From: Lepidodermella squamata
Lineage: Eukaryota; Animalia; Gastrotricha
DNA length: 64,000 bases
NCBI GenBank assembly: GCA_047495785.1
Contig: JBLDXI010000054.1
Location: forward strand, 3,658,001-3,722,000
Direction: 5' to 3'
Shown in pieces: positions 25,602 through 38,561 of the stretch. The position numbers were made by a program, and so were the translations under genes. A model generated the notes under the pieces. That model was given only the letters and a program-made list of their open reading frames with translations. It was not told the DNA's origin and did not search any database. The stretch's first letter is position 1; every line of letters begins with the position of its first letter.

Positions 25602-26143
25602 TGCGTAAGAAACAACGGCCTCAAGTCAAAACAACGCGAAAAAGTTACATACCGTTACCCCACTTTTTGGGTGACTAAAAATAAAACCGCACTCTGGTCG
25701 CACAATTGGCCCATAATATCACGCGCGCGGACGTTGTTTGAACTTCTCGCTTATAGCTGTAAACGCTTTTTTGCAAAACCACCATGCTTATTATTACTAA
25801 ATATTACCAATTTCGCCATACTGTTTGCCGCAGTTCTACTGCCGCGCGTCTTTCGGTTGTAGCTACTAAATGCGCATCGCGCATAACTTGAAGTTAATAT
25901 TATCTTTGAAGGTTTGAAACAATTGAATTTTCTTTTCAGCCTTGTTTAACGCAAAAATGTACGCTATTAAATGTATCAGCTATTGACGCGTCAGCCATTG
26001 TCTTAATTTTCAATGTTACATTCAATGTTTAGAAAAGTCTTACCTATTTACCAAATATATTTGAAACGGTCGCTAGTTTCAAAGGTTCGATTCGTCATTT
26101 TGCTCGAATTTTTATTAATTAAATCAATTTTTAGCGTTTTTCA

Positions 26144-27226
26144 ATGACATCTAGTCAAGATCATCGCGAGATCTGCGTGTCATGGGAAGATCACTATGCC
26201 ATGATTGCCGCTCTCACCCATAGACACAGCGCCGATTCTTACCCGAACCTGCCACCCGGAGGAGCTTGCTTGGTAGATGATCATAACGTTCTAGTCAGCA
26301 TTGGGTTCAACAAACCAGCAAAAAACTTCAAACTACACGACAATGATTTTGTCCACGCAGCTATCGACGCAATCCTTTCTGCCGACCGATTAGGACGCTG
26401 CACCAAGGGAACTTACCTGTATACCACAGCTTACCCTTGCCCACATTGTGTTCAAGAGCTTATTCCGGCCGGGTTGCTTGGAATCAACGTCATTAATGTG
26501 ACAGATAGTGGCAGCCAGAAATCATGCCTCGACCATCCTAATAAAGCCTGGAATCAGCTGGTTGGACAAAGGACTGACAAGGCCAAATTTCAGTCTCAAA
26601 CGAAAACTGTTGTCGAAAGCATTTGTCATGAGACGAAAAAGATCATCTCGGACAGAATAAGCGTCCAGCTTAACATGAAGGCCAATGAGGCTATTCCGGA
26701 CTTGAAGGGGGACAATTTTTATAAAATCCTCTCCCTTGCTGCCGAAAACCGCAGTAAGGACAAGGCCTGTAATGTTGGCGCCGTGGTCGTTGATGGCAAA
26801 GGCATGGTATTGAGCGTTGGTTACAACGGCATGCCATTGGGCTGTGACAATATCAATATGCCTTGGAAGAAAAACCCGAAGAAGGATGAGTCATCCAACA
26901 TTGCCCATTGCAAGGATGCCTACGTCGTTCATGCCGAGCGCAATGCGTTAGTTTTTGGAAAGGTTTCGAAGTACAGCCAAACAGATCCTGACATTAGGAT
27001 TTTCGCCACCCTTCAGCCTTGCTTATTCTGCCAGAAAGCCATTGACCAAGTGGATATTTCCCGTCGCAATTGCATTTTTGAGCGAAAAGTTTCGCAAAAG
27101 GACAGGCCCGGTGCGGTTCAGGTCATGGAGATTGAGATTTCTGACACTTTATCGGGAATGAAGAGCACCATTCCGATAAATACTTTGAATAGCTCATGGA
27201 ATATCCTTGCAGATTTTTCTGATTAA
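26144..27226 (+). CDS. Tandem two-domain dCMP/cytidine deaminase-like protein, paralog 1
   Basis: N domain with HAA..PCPHC (no catalytic Glu). C domain RSKD..VGAVVV..SVGYNGMPLGC..HAERNA..PCLFC, DCTD-like. Intronless, 360 aa. Confidence 0.9.
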   Translation: MTSSQDHREICVSWEDHYAMIAALTHRHSADSYPNLPPGGACLVDDHNVLVSIGFNKPAKNFKLHDNDFVHAAIDAILSADRLGRCTKGTYLYTTAYPCPHCVQELIPAGLLGINVINVTDSGSQKSCLDHPNKAWNQLVGQRTDKAKFQSQTKTVVESICHETKKIISDRISVQLNMKANEAIPDLKGDNFYKILSLAAENRSKDKACNVGAVVVDGKGMVLSVGYNGMPLGCDNINMPWKKNPKKDESSNIAHCKDAYVVHAERNALVFGKVSKYSQTDPDIRIFATLQPCLFCQKAIDQVDISRRNCIFERKVSQKDRPGAVQVMEIEISDTLSGMKSTIPINTLNSSWNILADFSD

Positions 27227-27262
27227 TGGGCAAAATGTTTAACAATATTGTCAAAAATCTAT

Positions 27263-28848
27263 GGCTCTGTGTGTTGCGCCCGCGGAATTCTTAAAATCGC
27301 CGCGGTGGTGCGCTGCGGAATAATGCGCGAGTGCGCGCGATTGTTTACCTTTCTGCTTAATAGTGTGCAAAGGTGCGGTGTTAAGACTTTTGACGCGGAA
27401 ACCACTATTCGCGCCGCGGAAAAATTTAAAAATAGACGCGGAAAGTAGCGATGAATCCGCGGAATTAAATCCATTAATCAGAATAACTTGGCGGCTGGTT
27501 TTTTTTGCAAAAATCATCCACTGGCCACAGAACCACTTCGTCACGTTAGCTAAACGCGGCTGATAGCAAACCGCTAGCACCTAGCGACTGGTATTAAAGC
27601 TCTATAATGGACTAACTTTTTCGCGCAATGTCGGCCAGATATGCCGTAAAAGGGATGTTCGCTATCGGTGCGCATGAACTGGGTGTTCGGCGGCTGCGTA
27701 CCTATGGGACTCGAAATGAGTTTATACCGGACTGCGCACGAGGGTGGCTATAGTAACACCGAAACAACCGCCCATTGCTAGCTCCTAGCACCTAATCGGG
27801 GTGGTTCGATTACCCATGAGACTGAGCCGAGCCATTTTACGACCCGTGTTACTCAGCTCTTTCCAAACGCTGGACGCTATTCCCCCGCCGACCCATTACA
27901 ACATGTAGCAGTCAATTTCTTGAAAAACCGCGTTCGAATGAACCCTCTCCGTGCGCAGTTGTCACATCTTTATTGCCCTTATTGCAGGTCTGCAAGGCGC
28001 TCGCTCTCAAAAGCGGTGTTAATCCGCTAATCCCTAATCCGCGTCTCAAGAGTTCCGCCCCTCTTCGCCGCCCTAGCCCTCTGTATTGCGCTGTTGACGT
28101 GACTCGCTACCTCAGGACACCTGGCTGTGTAAACAGCTTTGGTCAATTTGCCGATTGTTGTCGATTTCGTTGAAGTTTTTCGAAAGTTTTTCGAAAGTTT
28201 TCACACGGCGCGCAACTTGGCGCAACTTGCAAAAACTTGTCAATATCATCCCACTGGCTGACTTCGCTCATTATTACGGTACCAAGAGCAACGGATATCG
28301 CTAGCGGCGCTTTGGTGGTGAAAATGTTTTACCGCCTTCTTTACCTGCGTATTACCTGACTCAGCGGCAACGGGTCAAGTCGACCCGCCGGTCACCAGTC
28401 ACCTGTTGGGTCAGGTCACCGGTCTGGTACTAGTCGTGAGACCATAAGACGTACCAGGACGCCGAGGCTTGATAAAAGGGGCAAAAAACATCAGCTCGTG
28501 CCTCAAATCAATGCGACGAGCTCATGAATAATCCGTTTCGCTTTACACAGATTTTATTATAGGAGATTCGAAGCCTCGGCGTCCTGGCACGTCTCATGTT
28601 CGCGGCCGGTCAGCCGCTGCCGATTGGCCGGTTTTCAACCGAAATATCTCACAAAACTCAGAAATTTTATAAATCGCGTCTTTTGTTTACTATTAGCGTC
28701 TTTTGACCGCGCGCACTCACCGATTTCAGCGGGAAGCGATTAAATAAGCGCGGCGGATTAACATTTTGACCGCGCCTTCACAAATTCGCGGCGCGCGCAC
28801 AAATTCCGCGTCATTTTACACATTTCAGCGTCGTGTTTACTTTGGGCG
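27263..28848. mobile_element. Probable old MULE-like non-autonomous insertion just 3' of deaminase paralog 1
   Basis: Flanking 9-bp direct repeat aaaatctat (27254-27262, 28849-28857); degenerate CGCGG-rich inverted termini of about 200 bp; GC-rich interior between AT-rich flanks. Confidence 0.5.
28443..28598. mobile_element. Short MITE with CAT(G)AGAC termini, copy 1
   Basis: About 28-bp TIRs cataagacgtaccaggacgccgaggctt / aagcctcggcgtcctggcacgtctcatg; internal ctcgtgc..tcaatgcga shared with copy 2. Confidence 0.75.
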
Positions 28849-29340
28849 AAAATCTATTGAAGCTTTAAACAATAATATTGAGTCACGAATTTTATTATAT
28901 AATCTGTTTTATTGAGAAATAAAAGGCTGGTTGATTTCGATTCGTAAAATTTAATACTAATTTTAGTCTTACAACAATGGCTAGAAAAATCATTGGTTTG
29001 TTTTATCATTATTTTAAACTGATATTGGCCCAGGAGACTGAATTACCTATCGCAATATGAGTGTGTAATAGCAAAATCCACAGCTGGAAGCTGAAAGCTT
29101 TTTTCCAACCTAACTTGTCCCAACTTGATTTTCTCGCACAAGCCAACCCAAACCGGCCGGTGTTAACCGAGAATAACTAGTTTTAGGTTTTTTGAAAAAA
29201 ATGCAAATACACCAAAATAAAAAATAAAGTCTCCTCACGCGAATCATTTTTTTTCAGCAAAACTTACTCCTCTTGCAGCCATGCGTGCAGCTCCCAGCGC
29301 CATCGTCAGTGCAAAAAGCCGCATTTTTTGTTACACATGG

Positions 29341-29516
29341 CATGAGACATATCAAGACGCCGGAGCGTGATTGAAAAGCGTGGTGTTTGTGTTATCCTTT
29401 AATGATCTTATTTTCTTGCTGAACTCGTGCATCGAGTCAATGCGATCAGTCCGTCACGTGACGCAGAAATGTTTGTTAAGGAGGATTCAAGCCCCGGCGT
29501 CCTGATACGTCTCATG
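29341..29516. mobile_element. Short MITE with CATGAGAC termini, copy 2 (P-element-like)
   Basis: TIRs catgagacatatcaagacgccgg / ccggcgtcctgatacgtctcatg; flanks acacatgg / acacaagg match 7/8, consistent with an 8-bp TSD. Confidence 0.75.
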
Positions 29517-30348
29517 ACACAAGGAACTCTATTGCTTTGTGGTATTATTTCACGGTAAACTGGCCATTTTTTGCCCTTTGCTCTCAAATTTGCGCGATAA
29601 CATTTTTAATTACATTAGCCTCAATAGGCATTTTACTCCCAGGATAAGCCAATGTTTGCTTTGGGTATTGCCAAAATGTAGGACATGCTCTTTTCACAAT
29701 TTATGACCATCAATGACTTTCCAGGGTCTGTCACGGCAATCATTTTATTATCATTTTTTATGTGATCCTATTCAAATAATTAATCTCATTAGCATACAAA
29801 GCGCAGGAGGTTGGTCGAAGTAATTAAAATATAGATCGTTTCCCACGAAGCCTTTTCAAGTTGAAGCAGGTCTATTTATGTTTATCCACGAGGACGGCGT
29901 TATTTAAACGTAGGCGGAATTTCTTGAAAAAACGTGCACTTGAAAAAATTGGCAATTCCGGGCGTGGTTTGGATGCGTGTTTAATTATCACATATTTAAC
30001 AACGCGATGAATAGATATTTTTTGCTGAAGGACCGAGTGTATTTGAGGTATTAGTAGCCGCGGCCGCTGCTATTCATCTGATAATTATAAAAAACAAAAT
30101 AGCCCTGGCAAAAAATCAAACTTTTAACGCTTCCTTATGTTATTACCAATTTTTTTAACGCAGCGGACGAGGCGCAATTTTCTTCCCTTTCCCTTCGTAT
30201 TGTTTATATTATCACGCCATTTTTCATGAAGCTGCAAGTTGCAAACATATGTTAATACGAGAAACCGCCGATTTCATCATTTCTCTAAAATATTCGACCT
30301 AATTGTGAGCTCATTTTTTCGTATAGAGGCACTATACACTGTAAAAAA

Positions 30349-31410
30349 ATGCCGAGTATTGGATGTCGAGAGGCGCCGCTATCCTGGCGGGACTACTACC
30401 GCTTGATTGCAGCCTTAACCCATCAGAACTCTGCCGATTCGTATGGAGACCAAGTTCAACCGGGCGGCGCCTGTTTCACCACAGCCGATAATGAATTCAT
30501 CATCACCGGCCACACCAATGTATCCGCTGAGGGTGTGACGGTCCATGCGATTCGCGATGCTATTGGCAGGGCAATGGCTCTTCGGCGGGATTTGAAAAAT
30601 TCAACCCTCTACACTACAACACTGCCATGTCCTCACTGCACCCAATTCCTGTTGAACGCCAAAGTCAAAGAAATCTGTCTGGTTCCATTTAATGGCGGTA
30701 ATTTCACCACGACCTGTGCTAATCTTAAGGATCTATCTGCTTTTGATGAATTATTGGGCCAAAGGGACAATTATTCAGAATTGAAGGATGTCACCGAAAC
30801 TATGTTGAAACAAGCTGGCGTTTGTGTAATGGAGACTTCGCCTATCACCATCAAGTTCAACTTCGATGGCCAAACGTGGAAAAATTTGGCTGGCAGCAAT
30901 TATCCCAGAGCTCTGGGTCTTCTCGCTGAATTGCGTAGTAAAGATGCTTCCTGTACCGTTGGAGCCGTCGTGGTTGACAGTGATTCAAGTATACTAAGCA
31001 TCGGCTATAATGGGATGCCTCTCGGTTGCGATGATAAGCAGATGCCGTGGGACAGAAATGAGGTTAAAACGAAAGACTCAAGTATCGCCCAGTTCAAAGA
31101 TTTGTACGTCGTCCACGCCGAACGCAACGCCTTATTTTTCGGCCGAATTCCTTACCACTCAAAATTGGATAAACAGCTTAAAATGTATGTCACCTTGCAG
31201 CCGTGCAAATTTTGCCAGGAGGAGATTCGAAGCTACGGCATTACCCTTGGAAATTGCTTGTACGAGCGAAACACTGACCAGAAGCAGCGTCGAAGCGGAG
31301 CGTTCGAATTGATGACCATCGAACTTGGCAGTGAAGATACGAATAAGACCACCAAAATTCCTATATACACGCTAGCTGAATCATGGAAATCGGCTGCTTC
31401 TTTGGAATGA
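30349..31410 (+). CDS. Tandem two-domain dCMP/cytidine deaminase-like protein, paralog 2
   Basis: N domain with HAI..PCPHC (no Glu). C domain RSKD..VGAVVV..SIGYNGMPLGC..HAERNA..PCKFC. Intronless, 353 aa, collinear with paralog 1. Confidence 0.9.
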   Translation: MPSIGCREAPLSWRDYYRLIAALTHQNSADSYGDQVQPGGACFTTADNEFIITGHTNVSAEGVTVHAIRDAIGRAMALRRDLKNSTLYTTTLPCPHCTQFLLNAKVKEICLVPFNGGNFTTTCANLKDLSAFDELLGQRDNYSELKDVTETMLKQAGVCVMETSPITIKFNFDGQTWKNLAGSNYPRALGLLAELRSKDASCTVGAVVVDSDSSILSIGYNGMPLGCDDKQMPWDRNEVKTKDSSIAQFKDLYVVHAERNALFFGRIPYHSKLDKQLKMYVTLQPCKFCQEEIRSYGITLGNCLYERNTDQKQRRSGAFELMTIELGSEDTNKTTKIPIYTLAESWKSAASLE

Positions 31411-34400
31411 TCTTGCCAGATCGACTTCGAACTCATGAGAATAATTTATTAACAACAATTTGAACTATTGAACTATTGAATTGAATTATTTTGATATTAT
31501 TTCTATGATTGACGTACATGACGTGCTTACAATATTTGTTTTTACATGTAACCTATTACCTACTTCAAACTTCACTTTTGATTTCAAATCATTATCTATT
31601 TTTCTATGCTCGATTGCCAGCAACTTTTGATCTACTGGAATCTGAAAAATCGAAGATCACCATATTTTTACACATCAACTGGCCCATTTGATTCTCCCTT
31701 AGTCAGCACCTCGAACGAAAATGTCCCGGATGATGGTTCGACCGTTCACTTTCGAAACTCTACCACTGGTCTATAACGTCATACTTAAAGTGCTGCTATT
31801 TGCGACTCGTTTCAAGGAAATGGCGCAATATTATTGTATCATTACGGTTCAAAATCGTTGTGCCAATGAAAATCTTGCCGTTTTCTTGACTGCGAACTAT
31901 ATCGCATTGTGATTTTGGTGCCACAGCTATTGATGCTGAATAATATCTTGATCTCGTAAATATCTTCGATGCCGCTTTCAATGAAAGTTTCTATTTAATC
32001 ATCATGAGCGTCGAAAAACTACACCGACATGTCTTTTAAAGGCTGCCCTGCCCGAAGCCCAGTGATCTTGGTAGCCGATCCTGCTGCCTTGTCAGAACCA
32101 GTCAGCCACGCCATACATTTTATTTTTTACACTGCGAAGAATTCGAATGAACTTGGTATCAATATATAGATTTCGTGAAGCCAAAATTATGTGCTCTAAA
32201 TGTATATCTTGACCTGCCTTCTCCCATTATTTTAGCCTCATCTTCCTCAATAAAAAATTTGTTATTTTCTGTATAGGGGTTTTTTCAAAGTCGTTTATGT
32301 TGCCAGTAAATGGTGTCTTACAGGCTGATATCTGAAACTGAGAGCCAGCTATATATTCCCTGCGAATATCATTCCATTATATTCAGCTTCTAGCTCTAAA
32401 AAATAGCTCTGAGTCGCGTGCCAAAAGAAGCAACGCCATTGATAGCCTTTATAATAACTGATTATTTTTTTGAACACCCGGTGGCGAGGTGAAAAATGCA
32501 GGGAGAGAACCTCAGGCGGGCTTCCATCGGATCCTCTGACGGCTGAAGGCTGAATGATGAAAAAGAAGGCTTGAAAAGTATCCTTTCGACTCGTTAAAAC
32601 CAAATTAGCAAATGATGAAGAAACAATGTGAAACAATAATGCAGATAATCTCGGAAAAGAAGACGTGTTAATGTTTACGAGCGCCTCTCAGTGCGCAGGT
32701 TATTATCGCAACAACTCTCTAGAAGCCGAAAAGGCCAGCAGCAGCGAATCGTTCATGCATTTGATCGCCATGTTGTATATCGCATGCCTATATATATTTC
32801 ACTATGCTGGTGCCTCGCATTCTTCAATGAAAAGCAAACACAACGGAGAAAAATTCGCCGGCCTTCTCTATTAAAAGTGAGATGCGCATTTATAACACAT
32901 TAGTAAGATAATAGCGATTTTCTATCTGATATATACTTGGATTTGGTACTCGGCGAGTCTTGGTATAAATTACCTGAGTTTTTTTCAAGAAAAAATGCGA
33001 ACCTAAAAATTAAGTATTCGTTTTTTTTTCGTTTATTGCGCAGAGTTATTATAGGTGCGATATTAGTGCGCGCACAAAAAAATTGCGTGATTTTGTCGCG
33101 TTTTGCGCTCGGGCAAAAATTACCCACGGGAATGGTCAGTTCATTGATTCCCAGTCCATAATAACTGACCATTTATGTCAAATATAACAACGAACTACAT
33201 TTCATTCCGGCTATGTTTCATATGGTAACATTTTTTTATATTATTTTTAGATACCCTTATAGATTATGCGTCTCGCATCGTTGGGAAATTACCAGACCGA
33301 GTGACATACATAGTTTTTTATAGCCGAGCTCCCTGACGCCAAACGCCGTAAATATCTTATTATAGGCTCGTATCGCTTGATTTCAAGGCCGACAAAATTA
33401 GCATTGCTCGGCGGTGGTCTTATATTTCTATGAATGGTCTATTTTTTATTTTAGAATAATAAGTAGTTGCTATTTTCGTCCTCTGGTCGAGATCAGTTTG
33501 ACGCAAGAAATAAAATATATAAGCACCGTAATCACCGATATTTAGCTAACACCTTTGTTTAGTTAGCATATCCATTATCGCGGCTGCAATAACTATTAAG
33601 GAGGATTTTACCACTTGCTAAGTCGATACTGCAAGTTTTGGCGATTTTTCCCCCTCTCGTCGGTGCAAAAGAGCATGGGATCTAGCGCACGAGGGTGTCT
33701 AATGACAATTGCCCCGAAAAAAAACCCGCCGCTGCAGGTTTCTTATCCCCACTCAGGTGTGTATGCCTTGGCATATAACCTGTCGTTGTCATTATTGATA
33801 ATGACGACGATAATAATGCGAACGTGTCTTCCTTTTGTCACTTGCGCGCTTTGTCGACGCGCCGCCGCCGTGTGTGCGCATCGCAATATATAGCGGCTGC
33901 ATTTTTATTTTACGCGCCCGTCGAGTAGCGCCGATGAGACCGGGGCGTTACACAACAATAATTATACTAACAATAATAAACTAGATGGTGGCCGAGGCAA
34001 ACATAAATATATTAACACGTTCCTTCGTTGCCGCCCGGCCGGGCATGTACCTGGCGGTGAGTAACCGCGCGCGCGCTCTCGGTTCCATACTTATTCTAGA
34101 TTCGAGAGTGGGTCTCATCGCACGCCGGCACCTTTTCGCTGCCGGCAAAATAAAAGATAACGACGGCATGCGGCTGTCATTAAACATGTACAGCAGCAGC
34201 AGCACGCGTAAATGGCGGGTTCCAGCAACTTGTTCTCGCAAATTGAACTACCACTACCACCCTAGCCTGTTAATAAAACATGACCGCGTTCACACCTCAT
34301 CTCGCTTCGAGGGTGCCAAAGTGATAACAATAAGAGCCCTTCAGAACATTTTTTCCTCGATCAACGCTGTAGTAAGACATTATTACGTTATCTATCATCA

Positions 34401-37400
34401 GCGTTGCGAAAAAATATCAACGCTATATGCGTTTTTTCTCTTGTTTCGTTAGTTCAACGTTCACACCTCCGTTACGCTTGATCCAATTAGTACTTGGGTA
34501 CTATATTAAATTGATTTTATTATGCGATTTGCACTCAGATCGCATGAAACCTGCATCTGCGCGCGAATGTTTTATTCGAAAATTTCTATTAAGGCAGATT
34601 TTTTTATTTTAATTTAATTTTATTGACTTTAAATTTATCAACGTTTTTATAGGCCATCAATTTTCGTGTTAATTTCAATAGGAATTTCCAAATATTTAAT
34701 TCCCAACAATTCCGAAAATGCAGTTAGGGTTCCTAAAGTGTCGCCTCAAATGTGATTTCTTTTAACTTCTACCGACCTTGATGCTGTATTCTGCGTTTTA
34801 TAACGCTCTGTTTTCGCGTTGGAATTCAAGTTGAAAAAGGCTCCGAAAGCATCATTTTTCCGCGCGAGTGGCCCTCGCCTGTCGAGTGGGTGGGCTATGT
34901 GATTTTTCAACTTTTAGCCCTGTAAACAGCCATCGCCACCACCACCACCAACAACGGCGCCTTGTTTATCGCCGTGAAAATAGCATATAGTAAACGCGTT
35001 TTGTTTTCAGCTCGCGCTTCACCGGCCGCCGGCTGCCTTTTGCCCCGCTCGCCTTTGAAACCGCGCGCTGCATTAGCGCAAGCCTCGGCGCGTTAAAATG
35101 GGCGTCGCGACGATAGATTGACTCACCCATTATTATCTTGTCAACTATCAACGTTTAATAACCTTCTTTAGTTTAATTTAGCCTCACTGGTAGTCTATGA
35201 AAATATTTTACGTTATCGCTCTCTGGGTCTCATTATTTAAAACTGCGATCGTTAACTGTCGTCTCACATTAAAATTTTTATTGCGTGTCGTGACTCGGGC
35301 GAATTTTTGGCGACGGTTGCGCCAATTATTGGACACACGCGCGGCGTATAATAATGTACGTCTCAGGTGTTATTGAAGCTTGTCAAGCAACGCGCGAGAC
35401 GATTAGACCGGAAATCTGTTCTTCGATATAGCGTATTTAAAAATGCACAGACGGCGGCGGCGGTGCCGGCGAGGTTAATTTTATGCATGGCCTAAAAATT
35501 TTACAACTCATCAGCCGGTGTGTTAATGATTTCGCTCGAATGATCACCTGTCGCCACCATAAATTCACTCGAGGTTCATTTCCGGTATAGCCATTTCAAA
35601 TCCTCAGCGTCACGTTCGTATTTGTTTGTTGTTATTTATATTATATAGGTATAGGTATATAGCTCTTATCATTTTTGCCATAAATAACGATGATGATATT
35701 TCGAGATGACCTATTTTATTATTTACTGCACCAGCGTGTTTATCGGTGAAGCTATCGACGCAGGGTGGCTACAACGATGAACGTATCTATATCGCGCGAT
35801 AATTATTCATCATGATATAGGCGAGGCGGCAACAATTGGTCGTAAACCAAAACAAAACAACACGAAAACAATAACAGAAGAGTCGCGAGGGTGCTGCTGC
35901 TGCCTTATCAAATATTTTTAGCACCTTTGCGCGCGCGCACAGATAGGCGCAACAGGCGCGCACACTTTGCGGCAGCCAACAACTGTTCAACCCGATGCCC
36001 GCTTGCACGGCGGCGTGTTATCGCAACTATATCGGCGAATAATATTATTATTCGATGATTGTTGCATGTTGCGAGCCGTGCTTCAGGCTCTTAAATATTT
36101 ATACCATTTTTCGCCACCACCAGCTTTAATTGAGTGCTCGTAAACGCTCAATCACGTTACAATGCCTATATGAATGTAACACAAATAAGCAGCAAATAGC
36201 CCGTAGCTAGACGCAATAATAAGTTTTAATCGTGACTTTAAACAGGAAGCGCAAGTGCCTCGAACCAGGAAAAGGGGCGGTCGTAGCTATTAAATTTCAC
36301 CATATTTTTACTTATTTTTTTCGCGTTGAAACGCCATTAGGTGCTCTTTCAAATTTTTTCGTCTCGCGTTGATGGCTAAATGACCAAAGACATAGTATAA
36401 ATGGAATCGATTTTGCTTTTACATACTAATATACAATGCACAGTGAATTTTGCGTTGTTTTTAATTTCAATGCAAATTTTTTCGCACTATTATTGCACAT
36501 CCCATGAGATTCGCTAGATGTAACATGAAAAAATATTAACCCTCAAAAATGAAACCGGAATTTTTTTCTCATGAATTGCTTCCTATATATTATCTGTATC
36601 GTTAATTACTGTTATTTTCCGCTATTATTTACCGCGAGTCAACTTTTTTCACGCCGATATTTGCCGGGGGATAACTGCTGCTGTTGCGCGGGGCGAGACA
36701 ACATTAGCGTCATCATAATATTCAAATTTTTATTGTGTCAAGTCGTTGCGCTTTTGTCAGCCGTGTCTTCTTGGGCGCTTCTTGTCAAAAAGCGGCGAGC
36801 AACAGCGTCAACAAAGCGCAACGTCAATGATTCGCGCGCCCGCTCATTATTTTATTGTTGCCGCAAGCAACAACAGCAGCAACAACAAAATCTCATTCAC
36901 TTGTAGTATCGCCGTAGCAAAATAATAACACAATAATCATCAAGCCAATATTTAGCCTTAATAAAGTCAGAAATTTTTCCATCAATTATTTATCCCCCCT
37001 CCTGCACGCGCGGCTAGTTTTCGATTGACAATAATATATTATTATCATCTGTATAGTGGGAAGACCGAGGATGCGCTCATCGCCGACCCCTTAATATGAA
37101 CCGGCGACGATATAAATATATCCAGTATATAGTATATCAAGTGGGGTGAATAAATAAAAATCGGGCGTGGCGATGATTTGTCGTCGCACGTGCTGCCCGT
37201 ACTCGGCGAGTTGAGGATTGCACTTGACAGTGTCGATTACTTTTTGTGCCTGCCCATTTTACTGCGTTATTACACTTGAAGTTTACTGATATAACTTCGT
37301 ACACTTCGCAACCAGCAGCCACAGCGGCGACAAGTGTCAATAATCGCGAGGGTATCATAGCTAAACACGCGCGTTTTTGTTGATGCGCGCGAGGCCAGGC

Positions 37401-38561
37401 GCGTGCAAGCACGCCGCCGCCTTATATTATATACTATACTATATACCGAATCGATGATGATAGAGCTGGTGGTGATGGATGACAAGACACTCGGCAAACA
37501 CGGATGATACACGCGCTTCGTCAACGCAGCTGTCTCGCCACTCCCAGGCCGGACGACATCATCCTTCAGCTATCAGCTATAGTATTTTTCATCGAAATTT
37601 CGAACCGCAAGTGCTTGTTGCTGCTCGAGCTATTACTTATTTTTTTTTACGATATGTCTCTTGTTATTGTTTGTATCCACCCATCGCCTTTTTCTAGGTG
37701 TGATTTATGAATCGCCGGCTACTTACTTATATTATGTGACAATGTTTTACGCCGCCAGATGAATTTTAAAACATCCCGCGGCGATGCGTGCGGCGAAACT
37801 GCCCCACATGCAGTCAATAAATAATCTTGAAACAAAACCCAAAAAACGACGCGGGTCCGAACATATTCACCTTTATGCACGTCGTTCGACTCTGAAGAGG
37901 CGAAACGTGTGGTTTCTGCGTGTGCATTTAGCCACCCTAATAATGCGATTTCTAGTAATATTCGACAATATTTTATAAGGGGGCTGGCCGCCACTTGCCT
38001 TGCGCGGCGCCGTCTTTTGACGCGCCTCACATTAAGCGAGCTCATTATTTTTCTTGGATTTATTTTGATTGTAACTACACCTGCTCGTTAAATTACGTAC
38101 AAAAGTAAACTGATATCAATCGGTTGGTGTGTATATAACGCCCAATCATATTTTTTCCTCGTTCCTATATAATAAATAATATAAAAACCAAGTGGCCGTT
38201 CAAGTGTATTAACGATTATTATTAGAGGATATTTTTTCGCTTATTTATTTTCGCATTTCATTATAAATCTATTATTTTTGGTTATTTATAATAATCGCAT
38301 TTCGTATAATTGGCCATTTCCTTACTCAAATTGCGCCTCATTTTACGGGTCAGTGCGCAGCGATTTAGACGCCCCAAAAATAATGCGAGCGCACTTTTTA
38401 TTACTCGCAAGTCCCAGCGGCGCGTCAACAGTACCGACTTATCCCCTATGGTCAGTTCAGCTCATTTTGTTTTGTCTAGAAATGCGATTAACTAGTTTTG
38501 GTATCGAATCGATCTATAAATCAATTTCGGTTCGATAGGATCGCACGGCAAAATCATAATC

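Noticed and set aside
26144-31410. Bacterial contamination as the source of the intronless deaminases
   Set aside because: Contiguous with intron-containing animal genes and eukaryotic MITEs; no Shine-Dalgarno sites or operon context.
31500-32640. Possible decayed coding sequence on the minus strand
   Set aside because: Stops in all frames and no recognisable family.
32650-38500. Numerous 60-155 aa ORFs in the long CpG-rich intergenic region
   Set aside because: No domain signal or consistent splice structure; more likely regulatory DNA.
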